Shown here in pieces: positions 1 to 10,600 of a stretch of DNA of 53,795 nucleotides. How positions within the stretch are numbered: the first letter of the stretch is position 1; every line of letters begins with the position of its first letter. Below the pieces are notes generated by a model, which did no database searches, was not told the origin of the DNA, and saw only the letters and a list, made by a program, of their open reading frames with translations. The stretch comes from a virus (Duplodnaviria > Caudoviricetes): the IMG/VR virus record IMGVR_UViG_3300025093_000026, positions 1-53,795 of that record; one strand, given 5' to 3'. Both the position numbers and the translations under genes were made by a program.

Positions 1-2
1 TT

Positions 3-3000
3 AAATTCTCGCAAAAAATATATCCACGAAATGAAAATTCTTTCTTATCTGGAACAAGAACTAGAATTAATTACGCTGAAACGCTTGATAATACTGGCTC
101 AAACGGATTAGGACAAAGAGACTTTAGGACAATATGGCGCGATAATCCTGATAGTAGAACAAGAGCAACCATACCTGGTGCTACTTCTCCCGTGGAAGCT
201 TTAAATATTTTTGGACAGCAATTAACAAATGGCGCCACGCAGCCACCAGCAATTGCTTTGTGGGCTAATGATCCTTTGAGTGTTTGGCCGCTAGATGGTG
301 TTAATACGGCCGACTCAGACAATAAGATTAAAACAACCAACGCAGATCTAAGAGGGAGCTTACACAAAGGGCCTACTTACCGTCGAGTATATCTATCACA
401 GTCAGATGGAACCTGTGGAATTCCATTAATTAATATTAAATTAGCAGGCCCCCGCTACCATGGCACAGACGATGAAGTTGCACTAGGTTCAACACAGGGT
501 AGTTGTGAAATTAATTGGACAGCCAATACTGATCGTGGAATTAATCCGTGGTATGACAATTACGAAGAATATGCTAGTGATTTAAAATTAGCAGGCAAAA
601 ATTCAACTATTATTCCTGAATTTAACATATCAAAAGTAGTTCCGTATTATTATGTTGATAACAAAGGTGATCTTAGTGTTGATTTGCCAAAAAATTTCCT
701 TCATTTGGATGGCGCGAATATAACGTCTAGTCAAACCGAAGAAAATTATAATCAGGCATTCTTTAAGGAATATAGCTTCTCTGATTTTATGAATCATTTT
801 GATGTTGTCCTTAACGATCATAAAGAGTTTTCTGATATATCTGAAATTTCTTTGTCCTGTGAGGGATATAAAAAGCTAATTCCATATAACGGTTTTTATC
901 CTGTGAATAGAACACTACAGTTGGCATCTTTAATGTCGCAATCTTATGGAGATCATATCACAGGAGTTTCAACACAGCCAGCTGATACTTGTAGTGGTAC
1001 GTCTAGACTTGATTGGGTAGATTATGGAAACGCACAACCAGCACTACAGGGTTTAATACAACCGTTTTTTGCGCCTGGAATCTTATATAACACTATTAAA
1101 TCAGGAATTGCTGTCGATTGGCCAGTCTACACAGGAAGTAGTCCAGTAATACAGCAGGGATCTGGTGCTACAGCGACTGCATTTCTGTCTTCGTCTAGTA
1201 ATTACAGAGTACAATTTGAGTCATTATACGATATGAGCCTAATACCAACAGGCAGTAGAGTTTATACGTCTGCTAATGGACTTATTCAAGATTATTTTGT
1301 ATACGACGGAAATAAAACTCACAACCTTTATGAATTAGCAATAAACAATTATTTAGCAGAATCAGTCAACCTATTTCTAAAAGATGGAAAATTAACTGAT
1401 TTTGTATCGAAGCCTATGGCTGAAGTTTCTTTTGAGACAGGTAAAGTTTACAGAATGAAGATTGAGTTAGAAATGAAATCTGGTTCGGTGATGACACAGG
1501 GCGCCCAAGTAAATGTAATAAATGTTACTGACAATGATGTGTCAGGATCTAGAGGAAGAATTTACGGACCTGCCGTGAGATTTTCAACTTCCAGTTTATC
1601 TGGCGATTTTGCTAGCTTTAATACGTGTGATCCTGCATATGCTCCATACACACCGCCGTATTTTTATGGAAAGGCAATTCTTAATCTAGATTATAAAAAT
1701 ACTGTAGATGATACGCCGACCCCAACTTTAGATATGATTTTTAATGCCCTTACACAATCATATTCCAACACATTTGATACAAATATACCAAGCTTTTCTG
1801 CTTCTGGCATTCCTTTTGCATCGAAAATTAATCCGGATTCACCCGCTATACAAACAATGATGCCACTCACAGCGTCATTAAATATATTTGGTAAAAGAAT
1901 GTTAGAGAAAGCAATGTACGATTCTGATGGAAAACTATCTTCTTTGCAAGACAGCGAGTTTGATTCATCGAAATTTGAACAATGGGTCATATCGACCAAG
2001 TATGAATGCCCGGTATTGGAGTTTAACAGCTACACTGGCTCATACTCAGCCAGAGGTATGTGGAACAATTATGGTCATATTCCAACTGATTCTCAAGGAC
2101 TAACTCTTAAAATCTTGGGCCCATCGGATAAAGAAAAAGCCGAGGATAATGTAAAAGACCTAAAACAAATTATATTTGGCAGAGAAGATGTTTCAACGCA
2201 AAACATAAGTAAAAAAATTGGACAGTTGGCTGATGACAAGAAGCATTCTATTTCAGAAGCTATTGTTGCAATACCATTCTTAGATACAGTGCCAGACAAG
2301 AGTATTAGAAAATATTTAATTAATTCACCTCTTCGAGATGGTCGAAAATTCTTTAAGATATATAAGCGCGGTATGAATAATCCAAGTGTTGTTGATCTGA
2401 GCAATAAAATGAAGAAATACGTATTTCCACCAAAATTTGATTTTGTCAATATGGAAAACGGAGCTGTTGATCCATTTGTTATGTTTGTGTTTGAATTTGA
2501 GCACAAACTAAAAAGAGAAGAATTGCAAGATATTTGGCAAGGAATAATGCCTGAATGTAGTCGTAAAGTTGTAAAGCAGAAGTCAACTTTAACAGTACCA
2601 ACTCAAGATAATGAATTGTTGGCTGATTTCTTAAAACAATGTGCTAGCAATATTTCAAATGATGATGTAGTTACTAATACATTTGATAATTTTAAATGGA
2701 TGGTTTTCAAAGTCAAGCAGCGCGCCCGCAATAATTATTCTGGAATCACACAAGATATGAGAGATGATCAGAGGCTCGACAAAACTCAAAGAGAAGTAGG
2801 GCAAGACTTGGCATTCTCTTATAACTGGCCGTATGATTATTGCTCTTTAGTAGAATTATCAAACATAACAACAGAATTAACAATTGCAGCGGAGAGTGAA
2901 AATGGAGCCGTCCAGCAGGACCTAGAGACTGCGGAACCTACAGCGCCAGTAGCAGGTAGACTATCTGCTGGTACACCAACAATTAACAATGGGAATAATT

Positions 3001-3005
3001 ATTAA
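3..3005 (+). CDS. large virion structural protein (baseplate/tail-associated), 5'-truncated by the window edge
   Basis: Frame is open from base 3 (KFSQKIYPRNENSFL...), so the 192 start in the ORF track is internal. S/T/G-rich composition; first gene of a run of coupled structural ORFs. Confidence 0.6.
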   Translation, partial: KFSQKIYPRNENSFLSGTRTRINYAETLDNTGSNGLGQRDFRTIWRDNPDSRTRATIPGATSPVEALNIFGQQLTNGATQPPAIALWANDPLSVWPLDGVNTADSDNKIKTTNADLRGSLHKGPTYRRVYLSQSDGTCGIPLINIKLAGPRYHGTDDEVALGSTQGSCEINWTANTDRGINPWYDNYEEYASDLKLAGKNSTIIPEFNISKVVPYYYVDNKGDLSVDLPKNFLHLDGANITSSQTEENYNQAFFKEYSFSDFMNHFDVVLNDHKEFSDISEISLSCEGYKKLIPYNGFYPVNRTLQLASLMSQSYGDHITGVSTQPADTCSGTSRLDWVDYGNAQPALQGLIQPFFAPGILYNTIKSGIAVDWPVYTGSSPVIQQGSGATATAFLSSSSNYRVQFESLYDMSLIPTGSRVYTSANGLIQDYFVYDGNKTHNLYELAINNYLAESVNLFLKDGKLTDFVSKPMAEVSFETGKVYRMKIELEMKSGSVMTQGAQVNVINVTDNDVSGSRGRIYGPAVRFSTSSLSGDFASFNTCDPAYAPYTPPYFYGKAILNLDYKNTVDDTPTPTLDMIFNALTQSYSNTFDTNIPSFSASGIPFASKINPDSPAIQTMMPLTASLNIFGKRMLEKAMYDSDGKLSSLQDSEFDSSKFEQWVISTKYECPVLEFNSYTGSYSARGMWNNYGHIPTDSQGLTLKILGPSDKEKAEDNVKDLKQIIFGREDVSTQNISKKIGQLADDKKHSISEAIVAIPFLDTVPDKSIRKYLINSPLRDGRKFFKIYKRGMNNPSVVDLSNKMKKYVFPPKFDFVNMENGAVDPFVMFVFEFEHKLKREELQDIWQGIMPECSRKVVKQKSTLTVPTQDNELLADFLKQCASNISNDDVVTNTFDNFKWMVFKVKQRARNNYSGITQDMRDDQRLDKTQREVGQDLAFSYNWPYDYCSLVELSNITTELTIAAESENGAVQQDLETAEPTAPVAGRLSAGTPTINNGNNY

Positions 3006-3007
3006 AG

Positions 3008-4213
3008 ATGGCATTTTTAGATCAAAAAGAAGAAGTATTTGATATTAAACTAACTCCAACTGGCGTAAGATTACTCCAGCATGGAGCCTTTAAGCCTACT
3101 TATTATTGTTTTTATGATGATGATGTTTTATATGATAGTAGTTATGGCGGAGATAGTTCTGAATTACAGAATAATATTGAAAAAAGAATTCAAGATGTCC
3201 CGCGTCATGACGTAAGAAGAGTGGGTTACAGTGTAGAGGAAGAGATAAATAAAAGTACAAAAGAAGATTTTTACATCTCTGAACATGATCTCTTTCAAAG
3301 CATTACTCTAGGAGGCGTATTTGGATCAGGATCTAATCCTAGTTTGTTTTCTTTATATCTTGGTGCCTTAGATCCATCACAATTATTTGCAGGCCCTGAA
3401 ACATATGCAAAAGCAACATTAGAAGTCTTGGGATCATATGACGGTCTTTTCGGAGTTCCTTCCTTGAGGCAGCCCGATAATAAGAAGTTTTTCCAAATTG
3501 GACCGCTAGGAACAATGGCTCTCACGGGAAAAAATGTTTTCCCAAAATGGAATATTGATTTTTTGAACGCTCCTTTGAGTGGAACATATGAGACCAATAA
3601 TGATCTTGGTGTTGAAAATTATGTTTTACAGTGTGATCTTCAGTACAGGATTCATTTAAAGCAGACTGAAATGCCAGAAACTATTGAAGCAGATTTTAAT
3701 AATGAAGATCCTCTTGGATCAATTTCTTTTGAGCGTGTTGGCACTTCTCTTGAAGAATTGAATGTATCCCCAGTATCTCTGGATGGAAGTTATATTGAAG
3801 TCGTAGATGATTACTTATTTATAAAAGTTGCCGAAGAAGGTACTAGATTTTTGCAAGAAAATTTTGATATAGAAATGTTTATAGTCGAGAAGGATGCGTC
3901 AGGAGATAATGGTTATATTGAAAGAAAATTATATTTCGATAATGAAGATATAAATCTAAAAGACATTTTTGCTCAAGGAAATGGAGTAGATGATACGGTT
4001 AAACAATATAACAGTAATTTTATTAAACATTATTTTGATATACTAGTTGATCACGAAATTCCTGAAGAAATATATTGTAAAGCATTAAATGAAGATAAAT
4101 TAGAACAAACTTATGCAGATCAAGCACTCTTTAAGTGTAAAAAAGTAAGAGAGAGTGTTAATATGGATCCCTACAGCCTACCAGACGAAAGTAAAGATAT
4201 ATGTGAAGATTAA
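3008..4213 (+). CDS. putative baseplate/tail structural protein (paralogous N-terminus with 12380 ORF)
   Basis: N-terminus MAFLD..DIKLTPTGVRLLQHG.FKPTYYCFYDDDVLY aligns by eye with MGFLD..DAVLTTEGRRRMARG.FKITHWAPGDNEINY of the 12380 ORF. Confidence 0.5.
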   Translation: MAFLDQKEEVFDIKLTPTGVRLLQHGAFKPTYYCFYDDDVLYDSSYGGDSSELQNNIEKRIQDVPRHDVRRVGYSVEEEINKSTKEDFYISEHDLFQSITLGGVFGSGSNPSLFSLYLGALDPSQLFAGPETYAKATLEVLGSYDGLFGVPSLRQPDNKKFFQIGPLGTMALTGKNVFPKWNIDFLNAPLSGTYETNNDLGVENYVLQCDLQYRIHLKQTEMPETIEADFNNEDPLGSISFERVGTSLEELNVSPVSLDGSYIEVVDDYLFIKVAEEGTRFLQENFDIEMFIVEKDASGDNGYIERKLYFDNEDINLKDIFAQGNGVDDTVKQYNSNFIKHYFDILVDHEIPEEIYCKALNEDKLEQTYADQALFKCKKVRESVNMDPYSLPDESKDICED

Positions 4214-4227
4214 AGGAAATTTTTTAA

Positions 4228-7200
4228 ATGAATTCAAATACATCACTAGTCATAAAAGGATCAGGAAAAAACATTCTTATTCCGCAGCCGTTGATAACAA
4301 AAGTTGTTGTTGATAAGGATGCGAATGGAGGTAATTTTATTTTTACTCTTGATTTTAAGTTCCAGAGACCATTACAAAAGAAAAATACTTCTGGTATAAG
4401 TGGCATCAATGAAGCTTTGAATGATACAATAAAATTTGCAATCATTAAGTTTGAAGTTGGAAATAAATCTTCAGTAAAATTAACAAAAAATTTAATCAAA
4501 GATTTATGGGGTGCACGTTTTTTTCCTTTGGCGAGTAATTTAGTTTCTGGTATGAACATTCATGATGAATTAACCGGAGCGACAATTAAAATTATGTCGC
4601 TAAAAGAAATCAATGACACATATCATCCCGTGGTTCAAAATACTAGAGACCAAGGAAAAGGATTGAGTTTTAATGTAACAGATATCCAATTTAAATCAAT
4701 GTCTGATAATCCGGATCATGTTTCATTTTGCGTGATGCCTTATTTAGATTTGCAATCCATAGAGACAAATACTACAACAACGAAAACCAAATCTTTGCTT
4801 TTATCACAAGAAATAGGAGTCTCTAATTACAAAAAAAGATTAAACAAGCATAATAATAAAAAAGTACTTGATTTATATAAGTTTGATTATTTGATAACGC
4901 TAGATAAAGGAATAGTAATTAAAGATGGATTTTTATTTAGGCGCCGCGATAACAACAATATCTGGACAGGTGAGACTCATATAACAAAAGATGGAAATTA
5001 TAGAACTGGAAAATTTTTTAATGATCATAATTTAGCTGAAGATGAAAGAAACATTGAGCTGAAAAAGGTACCTTTACCGTGCACCAAGATTCATGATAGA
5101 AGAGTTTTATCAAAAACAGGAGGAGAACTTTCTGATACCTTCGCAGAGCTTTTTGAAGTTTATCGAAGGAAAAATCCCATTGCGGAGATACAAAAAAGAG
5201 CTGGCCTTAATCTAGATCTCATAACGTATAAGTCAGAGTTTCCAAATAACTTTATGCATGATTTTTCTTGCATTGATAAAGATTATAATTACAATACTAT
5301 TTTTACTGTTGACGTCTCGAATCTCTTACTATCAAAAACGAGGTTTCCTGGAATATTACAGAGTATTATGGAAGATGATGAAAGACTAGCTTCAAAAATA
5401 CGCAAAGATATATTGTCTTTGACTTCAATAAAGAAGTGTCAAATTTACCGTCATCCGGTAACAGATTTTAGTGTTGGTGGAACAAATCTAACACCAAATT
5501 CGGCAGTATTGGAAAATGTAAATCGTACAACTTTAAATGAAGATGTGACTATTAATAATTCACCTAAATTTCCTACTTTGGTAAAAGAATTTGATCCGGG
5601 AGTTGGTGGTGCCGGCTTTGAGATTGAAGATTTTGATTTCCAAATTAATAATGGCTTGAGAGTTTTTACATTTAAAGAAAATTTTAAAGATAAAATGGAC
5701 GCTAAATTTCAATATGAAGCAGAATTATTGGTAGATGATGGAGTTTACCATTATATAAGAAAATTAGCTTTAAAATTACGTGATTTGTGGATTATGTTTT
5801 CCGATGAAAGTACAAAAGTATTAGATAATAATAGTATTTTTTGGAATTCTAGGGCCAAACAATATAATATTTTTGCAATCGATAAAACGTATGGAGTTAA
5901 TTATACGGATAATCATCTTAAGAATGTTATTAGGCCTTTGGTTGAGACTTTAGAAAAAGTTATGAGAATAGCAGCTTGTCGACCAATTAACCATATTGCT
6001 CTAAAAGAAGCTTTCATAAAAGCAACAAATTATGTTTCTGCTGATCCCGAAAGTCTAAAAAGTGCCTATAATGCTATTGAGGATATAGTAGCTAGCTTTA
6101 TGTCGTTAGCCGGCCTAAACACAAATAAATCTGCTTTAAATATAAGTGATAATGGATTTGGTGTGCCAAGAATTGAAAATACTGCTGTATGCTATGGCGT
6201 TGGAATACTCTATCCTGATGCAACAGTAGCAGAACTTGTACCAACTAGAGAAATTAAAAATACTTTTAAACACAGAGAATCTTTCGAATCATTGCTTTAC
6301 ATAGATAAAGCGGCTGGATATGAGTACATGCTGCAGCAAGATAATATAAACTCTCAGGGGGTACAGATGGTATCCGAAGAGGATTTTAAGCGCAGATTTA
6401 CAAGTGAAATGTCAAAATATTATGACTTAACAGCCTTGCAACAGACAAACAAGAAAACAGGGCCCGCATTTAACATTGACCAAAATAAAACTAGATTCTT
6501 TACCCCATTGATGTTTGCGCTTGAAGACAAGAAAAGTGTTTTGCCACAAGAAATAAATTCAACAACAAGGCGTCAAATGAAAAGCGCACTCCTTGATATA
6601 CTTTTTTATAAACAAAATTCAAGACAAACAAATTTTAATAGTGAAAGATATATAAACTTGTTGTTAGAATTGACCGGAATAGATATAGAAGAAAATACTA
6701 TAGCGATGCAAAGCAATAATACTCAGACAAGATCGCTAACCAATGTTGATCTTTTGTCAACTCGCACAGGAGATTTTGAAGAACAAGATTGGAAAACTAG
6801 CCTAGTAGAACAAAACGTCGATTTAGACAATAACGCAAGACTTAGACAATATAAGACAACTCAAGAGCTAGCCAATAAAGATCAAATAATTACTAATTTA
6901 ATTTTGAGTAGTAAAGTTTTATCTAATAAAGTTAGCTTAGGTAACAGTTACGAAAAAACAACTAGCTTTCTTAAGAGAAAGATTGCAGATATTAATACGC
7001 CTGCACAAATAATTAATTCTCTATTAACACTAGTGGGTGACCAAGCTCTACAATCAAGTGAAAGAGGATCAGAAAGTAGCGATAGCATAATATCTTCTTT
7101 GAGAAAAACAGACTTTTCTTTGTCTTCTTTAGATGTAAAATTACTTGATGATTATGGTCTATGGTGGTTTAATTATGACAACATAGTTGAGCTTTATTAT

Positions 7201-7644
7201 TGTAAAGAATATGATTCAAAAACTGGTTTCACTTGGATGCCTTTGACTTTTGATATCTATGAAGAAAAGGTAAAAAATGGAAAAAACCTGTTGTGTAAAT
7301 TTATGCAAAAAACAGATCCTACTTTAAATCAAGTAAATAATGAATTTTTAAATTTACCAATTTTTAATGAATATTTTGTAATTAAAACAAGCACTGCGGC
7401 TAACGATACGTTTAGTCGAGCCCAAAAAGATGGAAATATTAATTTTCAAACTAGTTTATATAATCTAGTAGATATGACCAATCAATACTCGTCAGATTTT
7501 TACCAATTTGTAAAGACAGACGTAGTTTCTATTCTTGGTCGACCTGAAAGTAAAAACGTTAAAGCCTTAATAAAAAATAAAAATACTAATATAATTAATA
7601 TTATACAGCCGATAGATAGAACAAATAAAATCAATAATTTTTAA
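4228..7644 (+). CDS. hypothetical large protein (1138 aa), probably virion-associated
   Basis: Long ORF with AAGGA RBS inside the structural operon; no recognisable motif. Confidence 0.55.
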   Translation: MNSNTSLVIKGSGKNILIPQPLITKVVVDKDANGGNFIFTLDFKFQRPLQKKNTSGISGINEALNDTIKFAIIKFEVGNKSSVKLTKNLIKDLWGARFFPLASNLVSGMNIHDELTGATIKIMSLKEINDTYHPVVQNTRDQGKGLSFNVTDIQFKSMSDNPDHVSFCVMPYLDLQSIETNTTTTKTKSLLLSQEIGVSNYKKRLNKHNNKKVLDLYKFDYLITLDKGIVIKDGFLFRRRDNNNIWTGETHITKDGNYRTGKFFNDHNLAEDERNIELKKVPLPCTKIHDRRVLSKTGGELSDTFAELFEVYRRKNPIAEIQKRAGLNLDLITYKSEFPNNFMHDFSCIDKDYNYNTIFTVDVSNLLLSKTRFPGILQSIMEDDERLASKIRKDILSLTSIKKCQIYRHPVTDFSVGGTNLTPNSAVLENVNRTTLNEDVTINNSPKFPTLVKEFDPGVGGAGFEIEDFDFQINNGLRVFTFKENFKDKMDAKFQYEAELLVDDGVYHYIRKLALKLRDLWIMFSDESTKVLDNNSIFWNSRAKQYNIFAIDKTYGVNYTDNHLKNVIRPLVETLEKVMRIAACRPINHIALKEAFIKATNYVSADPESLKSAYNAIEDIVASFMSLAGLNTNKSALNISDNGFGVPRIENTAVCYGVGILYPDATVAELVPTREIKNTFKHRESFESLLYIDKAAGYEYMLQQDNINSQGVQMVSEEDFKRRFTSEMSKYYDLTALQQTNKKTGPAFNIDQNKTRFFTPLMFALEDKKSVLPQEINSTTRRQMKSALLDILFYKQNSRQTNFNSERYINLLLELTGIDIEENTIAMQSNNTQTRSLTNVDLLSTRTGDFEEQDWKTSLVEQNVDLDNNARLRQYKTTQELANKDQIITNLILSSKVLSNKVSLGNSYEKTTSFLKRKIADINTPAQIINSLLTLVGDQALQSSERGSESSDSIISSLRKTDFSLSSLDVKLLDDYGLWWFNYDNIVELYYCKEYDSKTGFTWMPLTFDIYEEKVKNGKNLLCKFMQKTDPTLNQVNNEFLNLPIFNEYFVIKTSTAANDTFSRAQKDGNINFQTSLYNLVDMTNQYSSDFYQFVKTDVVSILGRPESKNVKALIKNKNTNIINIIQPIDRTNKINNF

Positions 7645-7654
7645 AGGATAGTCG

Positions 7655-10600
7655 ATGCTCAAGGGAACCAGAATAGCTTATTTAGATACGTGGACAACAC
7701 AATATGTTCCACACTTGTTGGATGAACCCCGTGCTAGAAATTTAGGCCAGCTTGGAAATATTGACGAAATGAGCAACAAGGCTTTTGAAGGGCCTACCCC
7801 TGCAAAAAAATGGGAAACATTTATGTCAATGTTTCTTGGGTCTCAAAATTCAATTCCAAGCATATATTCTGATAACTTTATTAATGCATTTATTTCTGTA
7901 GATGGCCTGTACATTGATAATATTAATTTTGCTCCGTTTTTTTTCTTAACAGATCCATATGGTCTTGAAGCAGCTTTTCTCGTAAAGCAGTTTTTTCTTA
8001 ATGGCCCAGATCTTTTGAGATACCATTTTGGCTTTTATATGGCAGACTTCCAGAAGTGGAGAGATATAAACGCGGGAAATCCTGATCCAAGTTTTGGTCC
8101 GGACGGTGCACCATCACCAGGAACTTGGGTTAATACTAATATTAATATGACTTCTGAGGATGTTCTAGCAGAAACAGACAATATCGCACCCTTTGGATGG
8201 TTTGAATATATCGGATCAAACGAAGATGAAGTGGATACTTCAAGTTTTATTTGGGGAGACGTCCGCGAAGTTTTTGGCGATCCCGCTTTTAATGGGCCTA
8301 CCAAACTTGAAGCTTTTAAGATTAGAACAGCGGACAATTTATTAGCAAAAAGAAGTCAAACACGAGCGCCTTGGTATTATAGTCAGCTTAATCTAACTGC
8401 GCACCCTGACCTTCTAAATGCTTTTTTCTCAAGCTATTATGATACTGACCCCGGGAGCGCCACCACCACCGGCGCCGATCCAAACGAATTAAATTTTCTT
8501 CCCTTACAAGGCTTGTTTACACCGCCAAATGAGTCCTCGCTCGGGGCCCCCGATGACCCGGAAGATCCAACTGGAGAAGGAGATTTTAAACAAGCTAGTA
8601 TGTGCTGGATGTTTAATAACATAATAACAGCTCCTCCATTTACAACACAATTAATGGGATTTGATAATACTGGATGGGACTGGCAGTCCTCCCTTGGGGC
8701 CGACACCTCTATTGCCCCAGCGCAAGCAAATATATTTTTTAGGAAACAAAATAATGTAGATGATGATCCATATAATTTGTATAGCACCATCCAAGGATTT
8801 GAAGGACAAGCTTTTATTCCTCCTGGAATTGGGGATGATTGGAAAAATCTTGCAGATTTAATGCGTCGCCACGGAAATTTAAGTGGACTTAAAAAGTCTC
8901 CAGCTTATGCTTATGTATCACCTCAAAAATTATTTATAAATGGCGGCTTATATAAAGGTTTGTTCGCTCCGGTAGGAAAAGGCTTTGTTAGGCTCCCCAA
9001 GCCGGGGGGGAGCGGCGATGGGGCCATACCGGTACCGGAGGAGGACCCCGCCGCATCAGAAGTATTCAATAAAATAAACATTTTGCTTGGAGAGGAGGGT
9101 GCAAACGTAGATATCGATCCTGCTAATATTCAAGATCCTATGGATTGGGATATCGAAAATTTGCGCAAATCCGATCAAGATTTGGCAAATGTTCCTAAAA
9201 GTCCTTCAATTTATAGAACGTTTAGTACCGAAGAGACCAGTCCTTTACAATATGCTAACGATTCCGCTTGGAGGCATACTGATCATTACTTTGAGCATTA
9301 TTTGCCATTTAATGGTGCAGAAGAAGCTGCTGCAGCCAAAGAAAAGTATCTTGCTCATTTCCAACAAGACAACTCAAGTCAGGTACCTGATACTAGTTTT
9401 AAAACAAAATATTGGAAGCACAAAGCAATATATTCCTATACCTACACTCCATACGAAGAAACAATTTCTATTGTTGCTGGGTCAACTCCTTCTGGCTATG
9501 ATATAGAATTGTTTTTGCCCAACTTTCATGCTTTATTGGAAGAATCAAGAACAATTCTAAATGCGGCAGATTATAATTCTGGCGGCGAAGAACAATTAGC
9601 CAATAGAGATGCTTATATTCATTCAACTTTGAATTATCGTCTAGGTCATAATCATTTGCGACCTATTTTGCAATTAGGTGGACAGATTGATTTTGATCCG
9701 AGTAAAGCAAATATGGGTTCTTGGGATGGCGACCAATCTCTTATTCCTTCTGAATTTGGAAGTTATGGGGCCCCCGATTGGGCTGGTGACAATTTTAATA
9801 TTGGAGAGATGCCATCTTGGAAGAAAGTTCCTTATTTATTTGAATGGCAAAAAGTGTTTCGAGAGAATTATCAAAATATATTTGCAGACGAAGAAATGCT
9901 TAAGTCAACACTGGATTATAAAGAAGTTATACTTATGCCCAAAGTAATGAAAAGGTATAAAGAAATAGGCTATAGCTTCAAGCACATTATGCCACACTAT
10001 GTTCAGTTTGAATTTGGATCTTTTAATAATTCGAACACAAAAACAAAATCGATTTCTGAAAACACACCAGAAATAAGAATGTCTGATATATTAAATGAGA
10101 CTGGGTTTATGCCTTTGGTGATAGCTTTCTACAAATACTATAAAAAAACAGAAATCCAACCAGAGTACAATGAAACTTTGGCTGGGAGTTGGCGTGGACA
10201 AATACAAATGAGTTCTAGAGATCCTAAATTTAGGTGGCCCCTCGCACGCTATAACTCTATAAATGGTATCGAAGATTGGGGCAAGAAAAGAACAGCAGAA
10301 TTTCACACCATTTTTAATTTAGATAATTTTTTCAAGTTCTGGATGGGAGACCAAGGCTTTCTTCCTGTTAAAGTAGGCTCCGGAGACGCTGATGATTTAT
10401 TTGAAGCCTTAAAAGAAATGGACTTTCCCAATGATAACGGAGGAGACTTTGGTACAGAAACTATAGCTCCATTTATAGGTGATTTATATAATATGCAGAT
10501 CATCGATGTCAGACCGGAAGAAGAATGGGACACTAGTGCGATATGGAAAGAAATATTGCAGCTGTCAGAGAATGTGGGTACAGGGACAAACGAATTAATT

